A stretch of DNA of 64,000 nt, taken from contig OX597822.1 in assembly GCA_951406725.2 (NCBI GenBank), forward strand, positions 70,742,001-70,806,000, in the 5' to 3' direction. A program made the translations under genes and the position numbers. The notes under the pieces were generated by a model. That model was not told where the DNA came from. It was given only the letters and a program-made list of their open reading frames with translations, and made no database searches. The DNA comes from Octopus vulgaris (taxonomy: Eukaryota). Each line of letters begins with the position of its first letter. Positions within the stretch are counted from its first letter, which is position 1. Positions 25,570 to 38,964 of this stretch are shown here, one piece after another.

Positions 25570-28500
25570 AACGTAACTTTTGGCTTTGTTTGCTTTACTC
25601 ACTGGCTTCTGGTACTGTGTGTGTTTATTTATTTGTGTGTGTTCTTGAGTTTGCCAGAACCTTCCACCAACACCCCCAATACTATTACCACCACTTTCAT
25701 TGCTACCGCCACCACCACCACCACCACCACCACCGCCACCACTACCACCATCACCACCATCATCCCTATCCTGAGGTATGATGCTCTGCTTGAACAGGCA
25801 TAACTTCTTGTTTGTTTGTTTGGTCTGTTGGTTGGTCATTTGGTTGATTTGTTGTTTGGTGGTTGGTCAGTTTATTTAGTCATCCCACTACCTCTCTCCT
25901 CTGCCAGGACATCTGGGTCTGTCTCATTTGACTAATGAATCATAAGAAAATAAAATATTATGTGGAAATAATGCCAACTATGATTGGTAAATTAGATAAG
26001 TGTATCATTTTTCCACCTCATTTAGTTACTTTCGTTTTACTGTATCCAATCGTAGTTGTTTACCGAAGGTACCATTCATTCATTCATTTATTTATATCAT
26101 TGGATAGTTCCAGTGATTCTTTGCAATATCAGAAATTATCGAAATGTAAGCAGATGCTCTTTATTCTGGCTTCGCTGTTTTGCCTCTGACAACATAAACT
26201 TGTGCTTTGTGTAAAAATGAAAACTCGGGGAAATGATTGTGATGACGATGAAGATGATGATGGTGGTGGTGGTGATGATGATGAAGATGATGGTGATGAT
26301 GATGCTGCTGGTGGTGGTGATGATGATGATGGTAGTGGTGGTGGTGATGGATGACGACGATGATGGTGGTGGTGGTAGTGGTGATGAAGATGATGGTGGC
26401 GGTGGTGGCAGTGGCATTGGTGGCAGCACCAGTGCTGCTGTTACAGTGTGCTACAAGTGTGAGCTGTGCTGGAATATTTTTCCAGCCTTCCGCTTTTCCA
26501 CAAGAGTGCAAGTTCATTAAAGGGCAACCTTCTATTTAAAACATTTGACCTTTGTTTGTTTGTTTGTTTACGTCTGTTTATAATCTACCCACCTCCTAAT
26601 ATTTATTGTATGTATTGTGTGAGCAACAACTAGTTATCCTTTTTAATTTTCTTTTTTTTTTTGTAAGGGCAGTGTTTTAGTCTCTTGTTTTTAAGTCTCT
26701 CAATTGTTTTTCAGTTTTTTTGTTGTTTTTTGTGGTGGTGGTGGTGGTGGGGTACTATTTTTGTTTTGTTTTTCTCCCCCACCCCTTGCCACCCTTTTAC
26801 GCCTTTAGAATCTTCACACACCATTCCATGACTGGAATTGTTCTTCATTGTATGGTGGTGGGTTCCCCGTTCATACAGCTGCATTATATCTCATCGTTAG
26901 CTGAAATGATTAATGATGCGGCACCAGAGCCAGAGCCAACAGCCGCCATTGAAACTCTTGGAGGAGCAAGGTTGGGAATAGGAGCAAGCCTAACGCAGAC
27001 AAATGTTCTTCTCCGAGCAAATTGTTTTCTAGCATTGAGCCCTTTGCTTCACTCTACCCTGCCCTCCTCTACCCTGTGCCCTGCCTCTCCTTGTCACATC
27101 ATACATCTTCCCCAACATTTTTCTTTCTCTTAAAAGAACCCCCTTCTCACCTCTCTTTCTCTTTCTGCCCCTCTCTGTCTACAGCAAGCAGACTATGGAA
27201 CCCCAACATGGCAGACAGCGACCCCCCTCCCTCCCACTCTCCTCTCCCTCTTTACATACCTCCGATCTTTGTTTTGAAATCGGAGTTAGTGTGTCTTTCG
27301 TGAGTCACAGTTAATTATTCTTCATTCCTTCAGACTTATGACTAGACGAAACAGCATTGCTATATGCTGTTTCATAGTGATTGCAGATAATTATGCCAGT
27401 TCCACTTTAAACTATTATCGTCATCGTCATCATCAGTGCAGTTGTCATCGTCGTCATCGTTGTCATAATCATCATTATTGTTGTCACCCTCATCATCTAT
27501 TTTAACCTCGGAAATACTATAATTCCTGTCCTTTCTTAATTCACTTTTCTCTCTGAAATGTTAATATCTTGTATTACAGATTTCTTATTGTATGTCTCGA
27601 AAAATTTACATGCAGTACTTTGTGTACTTCTACTCATGCACGCATGCATGCGTGCATGTGCAGATGCACAAACACATGCACACTTTCTCGCCATAAACAT
27701 AAACGACATCCTTTCTCCTTCCCACCTTCGCACGCATATTTTCAGTTTCTCTGATTTGTCTAATATCGCCACTTTATATTGCTATATTCCTTCCTATAAA
27801 TGTTATTTAGAGTTGTGCTTCTTAAGAAATTCAGGTGGATCATACTACTTAGATTGTTAATTGCTAGAACATGATTAGTTTATTAATTACTTTCAGTCAC
27901 ATTTGTTTTATTTTCGATTATATTTGCATCAATATTGATGTTCCTTCCTTAATTTACTTGATTCATTTACATTTATATGATTAAATGTAACTTGTAAAAG
28001 CACTTTGACTTGACCTTTGCAATATTCTTGGCAATTTAATAACATTACCAGTTTTTGTATCGCAAAACTACTCTCCTACTTTCCTTCCTCTTCTAGCCGT
28101 GTCTTTAATGGGGACTAAGTTTATAGAGCATGCAAATTTATTTAATATTTTTTTATTTTTAACAATAATGTATGCTATTAAGGTCAGAGTGTAATTGCTT
28201 ATGTTATTTTAAAGTGATGAGTTCAAACCTTAACTACACATTATATTATATTGCGTCTGTACCTCTTGGAAAAACATGCTACATTACTTACGTGGTTGTG
28301 TCTGTCTGACAACGAGTAATGTGTGAACTCAACTGCAAAAACATTCCCTTTACTCTTCTAATCAATGTGCAAATATTAAAAATTTGCAGAACCATTCTAT
28401 TTTTATCATGCATCGCTAGATAGATCTAAAACTAGTGATGATGGAGATTATGAGAAATATCAAAAAGTAAAAGACACACTTGCAAAGAATATTGAAAGAA

Positions 28501-29466
28501 AGGAAAGAAAACTGGAAAGATCGATAAAAATACTGTTGTATTTTGCAAGCAGAATTAAGTTCAAGCTAGTGTGGTAAATATATATTACTAACACCATACC
28601 TGTAGTAGTTTGACCGGCGCGATCAATAGACGAGTGTCTAACAAGAGAAATCGGGATCATACTGGTTGGTTTATATTGCTAAGACAGAAATCAATTTTTA
28701 TTGTTTCTGGCCAGTAATTTTCATATTTTATCTGTCTGTTAATTTGTTATTCCTATCAACCATTGACTGTTCCCTTTTGATGTAAAGTGCAGTTTGTATT
28801 GGCAACATTTTACGATCACGTGCTCAATAGTTAGATGAGAAATTAAGTTTTTGGAGCTTAAGTTGTTTCAGGCTAAAACAGATTATGTCAAAGGTGAGAA
28901 ATGAAGAGAGAGATATAGCTAGGCAATTAGATTTAGCCGCAAATATTTAAACCACTTTTATTTTGAGGTTATATCAGATATACAAGTAAAATTGGATATG
29001 TGTTAGACATCTTGTCTCCCATTTTGACATATCGACATGCATTTTGCTTCCTGCTACCACTGTTGTATTTTCAATTTATTGATAGCAACCAGTAAGGTTG
29101 TTAGGATAACCTTAGAAAAATTTAGTGTTTCATCTTCAAAAGCTTTGAAATATCTTCTGAAATGACCTAATTGTTGGTGCCTTTGGTTTGTCTTCAACTG
29201 AAACAAACCACACAGGTTCAATCCTCATTTTCTGATTTGGTTTAATTTTTCTCTTTTCTCTCATCCACCAGTTAGTACTCGGTAATGGTGTATGCTGTGA
29301 AGTACTATAAATTATGGTACCAATAATCAAAGTTGTAGATTTTTGGCTTTCGATCTTAAACCATCACCAAAATGGCAATGAATTATTTTTATCAAGTGCC
29401 AAAATTCATTTAAAACATCATAAATCAGCCAACAACTTGTAGCAAAAATATTGATCAGTGGATTTT

Positions 29467-29468
<2 letters not shown>

Positions 29469-29547
<79 letters not shown>

Positions 29548-29798
29548 GCGTGTGTGTGTGTACATGGACATATGCACATGCACACACAAAATATACACAT
29601 ACCCATGTGTATATATGTTGTTATATATTTATGTGTGTATATATACACACACATATATGTATGTGTATATCTGTGCATATATATTTATATATGTGTGTGT
29701 ATGTATATGTGTGTGTATGTATATGTGTATAAACATATACACCAATAAAGTATATGTATACGTGTATGTATGTATGTATATATGTGTGTGTATATATA

Positions 29799-29844
<46 letters not shown>

Positions 29845-29890
29845 AATGCGCGCACATATACATAGATGGACACGTGTGCACATATATATT
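29469..29890. repeat. Long (TG)n plus (TA)n compound microsatellite
   Basis: About 70 bp of pure TG followed by mixed TA/TG. Confidence 0.9.
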
Positions 29891-30019
29891 TGCGTGTATG
29901 AAGATGATAACTGTAGGCATATGTTTACATTTGGCCACAGTCTCAGAGTATTGGTAAATATATCAGGTTTACATCTATCCACCTTTTAAAATTATACATT
30001 TATAAATTATATGTTTATG

Positions 30020-30138
30020 AAATTTAATGATTAATGACAAACCGCAGAATGTTTCGACCCTATTGATCTTGTTAAACTAGTTTGAAAATGGTCAATAAGA
30101 AGGAAACATTCTGCAATTTGTCACCAATCATTAAATTT
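30020..30138. repeat. ~119-bp imperfect palindrome
   Basis: aatttaatgattaatgacaaaccgcagaatgtttc pairs with gaaacattctgcaatttgtcaccaatcattaaatt; centre aaactagttt at 30074-30083. Confidence 0.85.
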
Positions 30139-30478
30139 ACAAACAAATATTTATTCTCTGTGATTTTCACATCTTGAGTCCTTTCCTCCATAGTGGCTAC
30201 TTCAGATATTACTCACTCTGTGTGTATGTGTATATTACACTCACACACACCCACACACACACAAAGCATACACAAGCAGTAATTTTTATTATCGGTGACA
30301 CTTTTCTGTTTTCTGTGATTGAAGTTTAGTTCGGAGTTTGGTGTTGTTTAATAGCAGCCGTGAGGAGGTGTGTGTTTATGTGCATAAAATTATATACATA
30401 AAATATTATATATATATATATAATTGTATATAAAATTATACATATATATGTAGAATTATATATAAAAGTATACTTATA

Positions 30479-30576
30479 GGCGCAGGAATGGCTGTGTGGT
30501 AAGTAGCTTGCTTACCAACCACATGGTTCCGGGTTCAGTACCACTGCGTGGCACCTTGGGCAAGTGTCTTCTATTA

Positions 30577-30646
<70 letters not shown>

Positions 30647-30864
30647 CTATATGTTTGTGTGTCTGTGTTTGTCCCCCAACATCACTTGACAACCGATGCT
30701 GGTATGTTTACATTCCCGTAACTTAGCAGTTCGGCAAAAAGAGACTGATAGAATAAGTACTAGGCTTACAAAGTATAAGCCCTGGAGTTGATTTGCTCGA
30801 CTAAAGGCGGTGCTCCAGCACGGCCACAGTCAAATGACTGAAACGAGTAAAAAGAGTAAAGAGA
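30479..30864 (+). mobile_element. SINE family A with internal deletion and expanded (TA)n
   Basis: ggcgcaggaatggctgtgtgg head and gactgaaacgagtaaaaagag tail. Confidence 0.88.
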
Positions 30865-31601
30865 CATCCACACACACACACACACGCATATACACACACA
30901 CACACACACACACACTTGTATATGGTGTGTTGTGAATTTATGGAAAGAAATCCAATAAAACTCAAGAATTTTGATAAAAATGGAGAAGAGAAAATATATA
31001 AGAGAATTCTAATTCATGCAGACACTAATTTCATACAGCGATATAAGAATCATACAAATTCATTGTCGAATAGAATTAATTAAATTGATTAGATTAAATT
31101 AAATTAATTATATATCACTCTACTCTACAGTGCAAGAAGTATAAACAAATTTTTTTTTCAAAAAACTTGAGAAAAGAAAACGGAAAATTGGATCTAGGAG
31201 ATTCATATTTATCCTTATGAAAAAGAAAGATATGTGTGAGTCCAGTTAGGTATTAACTAAAACTAAATTCATGAAAATTGTTGAGTTTTATGGGATTTCT
31301 TTCCATGAATTCACAACACATGTACAAGTATTATTTTCATATTCACAACTTTACACCAGTAAGCTATCAGCAAAATACGAAGAATCTATATTAGAAATCC
31401 TTTTATGGAAACCTCCAAATTACAGGATGAATCTAATTCAACCTTTTTACATATATATATATATATATATATATAGCAATTAAGGACAACTACTTAATAA
31501 GGAAAACTTAACAAGAAATTGTCAGGTAGATAGCGTGAAAACCTCATAAGAGAGTAAATTTCGAAAATAATTATTTCTTATTGAACATGTATAATGCCCT
31601 C

Positions 31602-31643
<42 letters not shown>

Positions 31644-32010
31644 TGTGAAAGCATATGGTTCAGTGGTTAGAGTGTCGAGCATGCAATCATGAAGTGGTGA
31701 GTTCGATTCCCGGACTGGGCTGTGTGTTGTGTTCTTGAGCAAGAAACTTTATTTCACATTGCTTCAGTTCACTTAGCCATAGAGATGAGCTGTGATGTCA
31801 CTGGTACCCAGCTGTATCGGCCCCTTTGCCTTGCCCTTGGATAACATCTGTGGTGAGGAGAGAGGACACTGGGCTGCATGGGTAACTGCTGGTTAAAACA
31901 ACCCTAGGTTGTGCATTTGCCAGTCTGATGACTTTCTGTCCAGACTTACACCTCAGCAGGGAACCTCTTAGGTGCACCCATGGTCATTTGTGACCAACGG
32001 AGTCAAGTTA
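31644..32010 (+). mobile_element. tRNA-derived SINE family C (CORE-like centre)
   Basis: A box tggttcagtggtt, B box gagttcgattccc, then cttgagcaagaaactttatttcac. Confidence 0.75.
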
Positions 32011-32089
32011 TATAAAAGTATACATGTATGTATGTAGAATTATATGTAAAAGTATACATATATATATATTTATATATGTATATAATTAT

Positions 32090-32479
32090 TTTACTTTTGT
32101 TCTTGTTTCAGTCAATTGACTGTAGCCATGCTGGAGCACCACCTTTAGTCAAACAAATCAATTGCAGGACTTATTCTTTATAACCCTCGTACTTATTCTA
32201 TCGGTCTCTTTTACCGAACCACTAAGTTATGGGGACATAAACACACCAACATTGGTGTCAAGCGATGGTGGCGGGGAAGACACAGACACAAAAACACACA
32301 CACACACATATATAACACGACAGGCTTCTTTCAGTTTCCGTCTACCAAATCCACTCAAAAGGCTTTGGTCGGCCCGAGGCTATAGTAGAATACACTTACC
32401 CAAGGTGCCACGCAGTGGAACTGAACCTGGAACTATGTGGCTAGGAAGCAAGCTACTTACCCACAGCCACACCTGCACC
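32090..32479 (-). mobile_element. SINE family A, full length, antisense
   Basis: Reverse complement of 18251-18662. Confidence 0.88.
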
Positions 32480-35372
32480 TATACATATATGTAAAATTAC
32501 ATATAAAATTATACATATATATATATAATGCTGTGTATGTGAATATACACACACACACATATATAAAACGAAAAATAAATGATGGTGAATGTATGTGTGT
32601 GTGTGTTTACATGTGAATGCACGTATGCACAGGAGTTATCTGTAGTAGTTATTTAGTGTTGTAACTGAAGAATTTGGTTCCTATTTAGTAGCTTTTGACC
32701 CCCTTTGTTTGACCAAAAACCTGATGTTTATTTGATTAGCAGCAGACTTTAATTCGGGCAGCTGTAAGTTTTCTTAACTTCAGATATATTTTTGTTTCAC
32801 CTCAAATTGCAACTAATTGTATAAAAGAACATACAAATAAATAATGAAAATATATAAATATAAAAAAAAAATAACTGGAAAAAGGAAAGAAAAAATAACA
32901 GAAAAAGAAGCATATAAGCATCTTCAGATTAAATGCAACCGTGAGTCTATAGTAGCTTAAATAGCGAAACTTTGGAATATTTCCAACTTAGGGAACCCTT
33001 TGAGATGAGAGAATTTGCTCAGGAGTCTCTCTAGGAGAAATTAATAACCACTAGTTTCCTATTGTACCAAAGAACAACACATCAATTGATCATTTTATTG
33101 CTTAAGACAGCAACCTGAATCTAATATAGTTTCCTTCCACAAACTATCTAATGAATAAATAAATAAATAAATAAATTACAAAGCAGAACAATTGAAATCT
33201 AACTAAATAAATTTATACATTTTACTTACTGATGGTGATAACTGATTTTTCCTTCCCTTCTTTTGTTTTCCTCTTTTTTTTTTTGCGGTTAGATTCAATA
33301 TTTTATTCTCTTAAGTTTTAGTAACTAGTACACTATCTCATTACTTTGACGGTTTGATATCCCAGTTAACGACTCCAATTAGGTTTAGCTGACTAGTTTG
33401 TGCTTTTCAGCTACTTCGTGTTCCAGTTCTCGTCCTAACATATTATTTTCTGCTGCATCCGTACTTCTCCTTAATTATATACACCATGTAGTCTTGGTTC
33501 CCCAATGATTATAGGCAACATGCGGTCTCCGGTTTAGTCTCACTTCATGGCACCTTGGGCAAGCGTCTTTTTCTACAGTCCAACGCCAGCCAAAGGCTTG
33601 TGAGTAGATTTGGTAGACAGAGACTGAAAGAAGTCCATTTTGTGTGTGTATGTACACACACACACACACACACTTGTATGGTTTTCAGTGATATCAGTGC
33701 CAAGCAGTGTTTAGGCATAAGCTGACTTTAGGTTAGCTATGGTGATGAATAATAGTCATTACATACCATATAACATACATCACATATAAAGGTTGCTGTT
33801 GGTCAATGCTCACCTTGCTAATTTCACAAAGCATGGATCAACCCAAATGTATGGTAAATGACACTTGCCCAAAATGTCACAGTGTGTTTTGAACCCAAAA
33901 CCCTGTGGTTGTGAAACAAACTTCTTAACCAGTCTCCCATACCATGTCTAACAACATTCTATATAACAAGAGGTATTTATCCCCACTTAAACATGGACGT
34001 TTGTCTGATAATGTGTATATTGTTTCTATATACACAAGAGTGCATTTTGCACCAAAAAGCCAATATGAATGTTTCTCTCGTGGTAACTACTGCAGTATAG
34101 TTTGTTCTAACAGAATATCCACAGGGTTATTACCACTCGGTATTTATACAGCTTCTGTTGCTAATATATTCTTCATATAATGTATTCTCCATATAAGAAA
34201 CACAGCCTTACACACACCATATAGCATAAATCACACTTTTTATATAAGACACAACATACACTTCATGTAACATGCATAATGTACATTGTATAGAACACAA
34301 ATATTGTATATTTAATGTTGCACACAGTGTGGACTGTATCAGATGTGTACATTATATACTTTAGCAGAAACAATGTACATTTTATGAGACAGACACATTT
34401 TACGCTCTATTAAACCTTATACATATCTACTAGGTACACTATATCAACTATATCCACTAGGTACAGTTTATCAGACACTTACAGAATGTACACTTTCTCA
34501 GACAAACACAATGTACACTCCTTTATCATATACAGCTCAGACTTCATATAATATGAATTGCGTTACATGTGCTTTATAAAACATCCATTTCACATAATGC
34601 ATGTTTCATCTAATGAATCTTCATGTAGTATATATATCATACATTTCTCATAGTTTAGGGGCTCCTTGCTATATTCTCAAATCTTTCTCATTAACTATTT
34701 CAAGTCTAAATCAATACTATGATCCTCAACTCCTTTTGTAATCATTATCATTGTTGTCATCAATTTAATGTTCATGTTTCTGTACTGATACGAACTGGAC
34801 ACATTCTTGAAATATTTCATTCTTAGAAACCCATCTCTCCCTTGGCTTTCCTCTGTCAACACTACTCTTTTTCTTTTTTATCCCTAAGATCCAATATGAT
34901 TAATGTTTGCAACATTTGAAGACACCAAATCTTTCATTCATCTCTTTTAACCTTTAGAGGATTTCTTCGATATTCCTAAAATGGTAATTAACATCTCAAA
35001 TAAAATACTTTGAAACAGACCAGGCAATGGTCTTAAGCTTCAGTTCAGTATTTTGCTACAGTGAAAGATGTCCAGTAATGTCCCTGAAATGGGATTAAAA
35101 TAACGCTATATTATGACATTCAGCAACTGATAAATCGTTTCCTCCATCAATGTAGACACCTCACATCAAACATTTGAATTTATTATACCATAGCATGTTG
35201 CTTTTGGTCCATACTGTTATTTTCTTTCCTTTTCCTTTTTTCTTTTTCCTTTGTTTTGTCAGTTTATCAATGATAAACATCTAAATTCAGTGTTTTAACT
35301 ATGAAAATGTCAGATGTCTGTATAACTTTCTGTTCATGAAATGTTTATTGAAATTAGTATTATTAGGTGCAG

Positions 35373-35607
35373 TTAAGGCAGCGAGCTGGCCGAAATGTTA
35401 GCACACTGGGCGAAATGCTTAGCGGTATTTCGTCAGCCGTCACGTTCTGAGTTCAAATTCCGCCGAGGTCGACTTTGCCTTTCATCCTTTCGGGGTCGAT
35501 AAATTAAGTACCAGTTATGCACTGGGGTCAATGTAATCGACTTAATCCCATTCTCTGTCCTTGTTTGTCCCCTCTATGTTTAGCCCCTTGTGGGCAATGA
35601 AGAAATA
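35373..35607 (+). mobile_element. SINE family B with 17-bp TSD
   Basis: TSD agtattattaggtgcag (35356-35372) and agtattattaggtacag (35608-35624). Confidence 0.9.
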
Positions 35608-35616
35608 AGTATTATT

Positions 35617-36056
35617 AGGTACAGGTGTGGCTGTGTGGTAAGGAGCTTGCTTTACAGCCACATGGTTCTCTGTTCAGCCCCACCATGTGGCATGGCAGGC
35701 AAATGTCTTCTACTATAGCCTCAGCAGGTTGACCAAAGCCTTGTGAGCAGATTTGGTGGATGGAAACTGAAAGAAGCCTGTTGTGTGTGTGTGTGTGTGT
35801 GTGTGACCTTGTCTTGGCATTGTGTGATAGTTGTAAAATGATTACCACTGTCTTACAACCAGTGGCATTCATTTTTGATATTCTGTGAGAACATGTCTAG
35901 CCATGGGGAAATATTATCTTGCTTGGAAATAGGTAAGGGTTAGCAACAGAATAGGCATCCAGTCATAGAAAATCTACCTCAATAAACTCCATCTAACCCA
36001 TGCAAGCATGGAAAAGTGGATGTTTAAATGATGATGTTGATGACGACGACGATGAC
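35617..36056 (+). mobile_element. SINE family A head with alternative (GAT)n-ended tail
   Basis: Same organisation as 2225-2646. Confidence 0.75.
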
Positions 36057-36140
36057 TTTATTACTTTACATATATAGTTTTTTTTAAAACTTATTTGTTC
36101 ATTTATTTTTTTGAAACTAAAGTCTGAAGAATAGTTACAA

Positions 36141-36180
36141 AATTACTACTCTTTTACTGAAATTACTACTCTTTTACTGA
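36141..36180. repeat. 20-bp tandem duplication
   Basis: aattactactcttttactga x2. Confidence 0.95.
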
Positions 36181-36546
36181 AATGCTTGACTTACAAATCC
36201 TGCTGTCTACAGAAGATTTTGTTTTTTATCTAGTGTGTTCGTAGAATGAAAGCTTGTGTATTTACTATCTGCTGTGCACTTCTAACCTCTTTCTTCACCT
36301 TTTCCTGATGATATGTTAAAGAACTTACCTGCTTCCTATACTCATCACAAAATGTTTTCATGAGAATTTATTTCAGAATGGCCCTTTATCAATGGTGCAT
36401 ATTTCTCAATAGCTTCTTTATTTTATTGCAAAGATTATTGGAAACCATTCTGAGTGTGCTTGTGTGTGTGTGAGGAATGTTGCCTTTGTTTATGTGTGCA
36501 TGTGTCTGTGTGTGAGCAGATGCTTAAACACACGGAGAGATACAAG

Positions 36547-36577
<31 letters not shown>

Positions 36578-37997
36578 TGCTTTACAAAGTTATTTTTAAG
36601 CCCAATTACCTCATTAAGTACTTGTTTATTTTCTTGGAAGAATGTAAGATAAATTGGACACTAGAAACTACTCAGGAATGTGACTTGAAAAATGAAATAA
36701 AAATAAAATTTCAACTTCACCGACTGGAAGAGTTCAATTTTTACCTTTTCACATTTTAAGAAATTTTGTATTATTTTTATATTTTTATTCATAATATATA
36801 TTGAAGTTTTATCAAAAATACATTTAAATGAGGCATTTTGGAATAAGAGTCTTGTTAATTAAGTTCTGAGATGTATGGCATATGTTATATAAAATTGGCT
36901 TGCTTTCTCAGATGTCACTTGCTAATATGTTTTTGCCAAAGAACTCTGAAACAAGTTCATTTAGGCTTAGTTATAATTTCAAAAATAGTTTACTTCTGAA
37001 CTCATTTCAATTTTATTTTCAAGTTACGTGTTTTATATTTCATTCTTCTTCATTCAGATCAATGCTGGATGCACTTCTGTGTGTGTGTGTGTGTGTGTAT
37101 ATATGTGTGTGTGTGTGTGGTAATAAAATAACAAAGTATTAATGTATGTGCATGCATGCACATATGTTGTATCTCTGTGTGCATGCATGCTTGTGGATGT
37201 ATTTATACTTGCATATATGTATGCGTGTGTTTGTGCACACAAATGAAAGTGTGCATTTTATCTGACTGGGAAGCAATTAAGAGTCTTAGCTGTAGCACTT
37301 TGTGAAAAAGGGAAAGAAAGGTTTATGAGAAAGCAGAGTTTGTCTTGCCATTTTACAGTCGTTTCTTCTTTTGGTTATCTGAATAAAGCCATGCAAGTGG
37401 CAGAAGGGCCATAGAATTAAGAAGAAAGCTCCCTATAGTTGGGTATGACAGTTTCCAAGTCACAGGCAGTATTTTCCGCCAAAATGGTTGACATTAGGAT
37501 GTGCATTCAGTGATGAAAACTTTCACTTGGGTAAACTTCTTCCAATTAGCTCAGGCAAGTGTGAAAAATAGATATTATAATGCTGCTGCTGCTGCTGATG
37601 ATGATGGTGAAGGTGGTGGTAGTGGTGGTGGTGGTGGTGGTGGTGGTGGTTGCGGTGGTGGTGGTGATGGTGGCAGTGTAACACTAGCAACAAACATTGC
37701 TCTTATTTTGTAGCTATTTCCTGCCCTGTTTGTATATTACGTAAAGTAATAACTCACCTGATTTGCAAAATACTACTGTTTAGAGTTAGAGCCAATCTGT
37801 TTTGCCCCACGATGTTTCCATGGTGTAAATACAATAGAGGCCATTGTCCTGCATCTAGTCTCCTTTAATATCATGTCCGTGTGGCTTTTCTCTTCCACTA
37901 TGCAACCACCACCACCATCAAAAAAAAAAAGAATAAAATAAAATAAAATAAAAATGAAACAGGGAAATTTGTTTGACTATATTAATATCTAAAACTT

Positions 37998-38463
37998 TGC
38001 AGGAGTGGCTGTATGGTGTGTAGCTTGCTTACCAACCACATGGTTCCAGGTTCAGTCCCACTGTATAGCACCTTCGGCAAGTGTCTTCTACTATAACCTT
38101 GGGCTGACCAAAGCCTTGTGTGGATTTGGTAGACGGAAACTGAAAGAAGCCTGTCATGTGTGTGTGTGTGTGTGCCACATAGTGGGACTGAACCTGGAAC
38201 CATGTGGTTTGTAAGCAAGCTACTTAACACACAGCCACTCCTACGCCTATTCTTACCACAAAGCCACTCCTATGCCTATGTGTTTGTCCCCCCAACATCA
38301 CTTGACAACTGGTGCTGGTGTGTTTATGTCCCCCGTAACTTAGCAGTTCAGCAAAAGGGACAGATAGAATAAGTACTAGGCTTACAAAGAATAAGTCCTG
38401 GGGTCGATTTGCTCGACTAAAGGTGGTGCTCCAGCATGGCTGCAGTCAAATGACTGAAACAAA
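37998..38463 (+). mobile_element. SINE family A with an internal inverted head fragment
   Basis: + head 37998-38155, minus-strand head 38173-38279, + tail 38280-38463. Confidence 0.8.
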
Positions 38464-38510
38464 TACAGGAACAGCAAGATTATCAGTATTTAAGATATTT
38501 AAAGCTGGTT

Positions 38511-38725
38511 GAAGATGGTGAGCTGGCAGAATCGTTAGCACGCCAAGCAAAATGCTTTGTGGCATCTTGTCCATCTTTACGTTCTGAGTTCAAATTCTGC
38601 CACGGTCAACTTTGCCTTTCATCCTTTTGGGATCAATGAAACAAGTACCAGTTACGCACTGGGGTTGATGTAATTGACTTGCTTCTCCCCCAAAATTTCA
38701 GGCCTTGTGCTATAGTAGCAAGAAT
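38511..38725 (+). mobile_element. SINE family B variant ending in (ATT)n
   Basis: Family B head and core, with ccccaaaatttcaggccttgtg tail. Confidence 0.8.
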
Positions 38726-38919
38726 TATTATTATCATTATTATTATTATTATTATTATTATTGTTATGAACTAGTAGTGGAATCGATGGCATTGACTAAC
38801 TCCCTCCCCTCAAATTGCTGGCCTTGTGTCTAATTTAGAAACAATTAATTGCATTGTTCTGTGCCACTCCCAATTTTTTTTTGCCATTCCTTAGTGGTTA
38901 ATAAAGAAAAGGTTATCAC

Positions 38920-38964
<45 letters not shown>

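Noticed and set aside
26220-26430. His/Met/Gly-rich ORFs (also 25690-25765 and 37580-37675)
   Set aside because: GAT/GGT trinucleotide repeats without splice or homology support.
28390-28573. Charged open frame (..DDGDYEKYQKVKDTLAKNIERKERKLERS..) between AG and GT
   Set aside because: Phase 1/2 is incompatible with the phase-0 host intron; no polypyrimidine tract and no recognisable homology.
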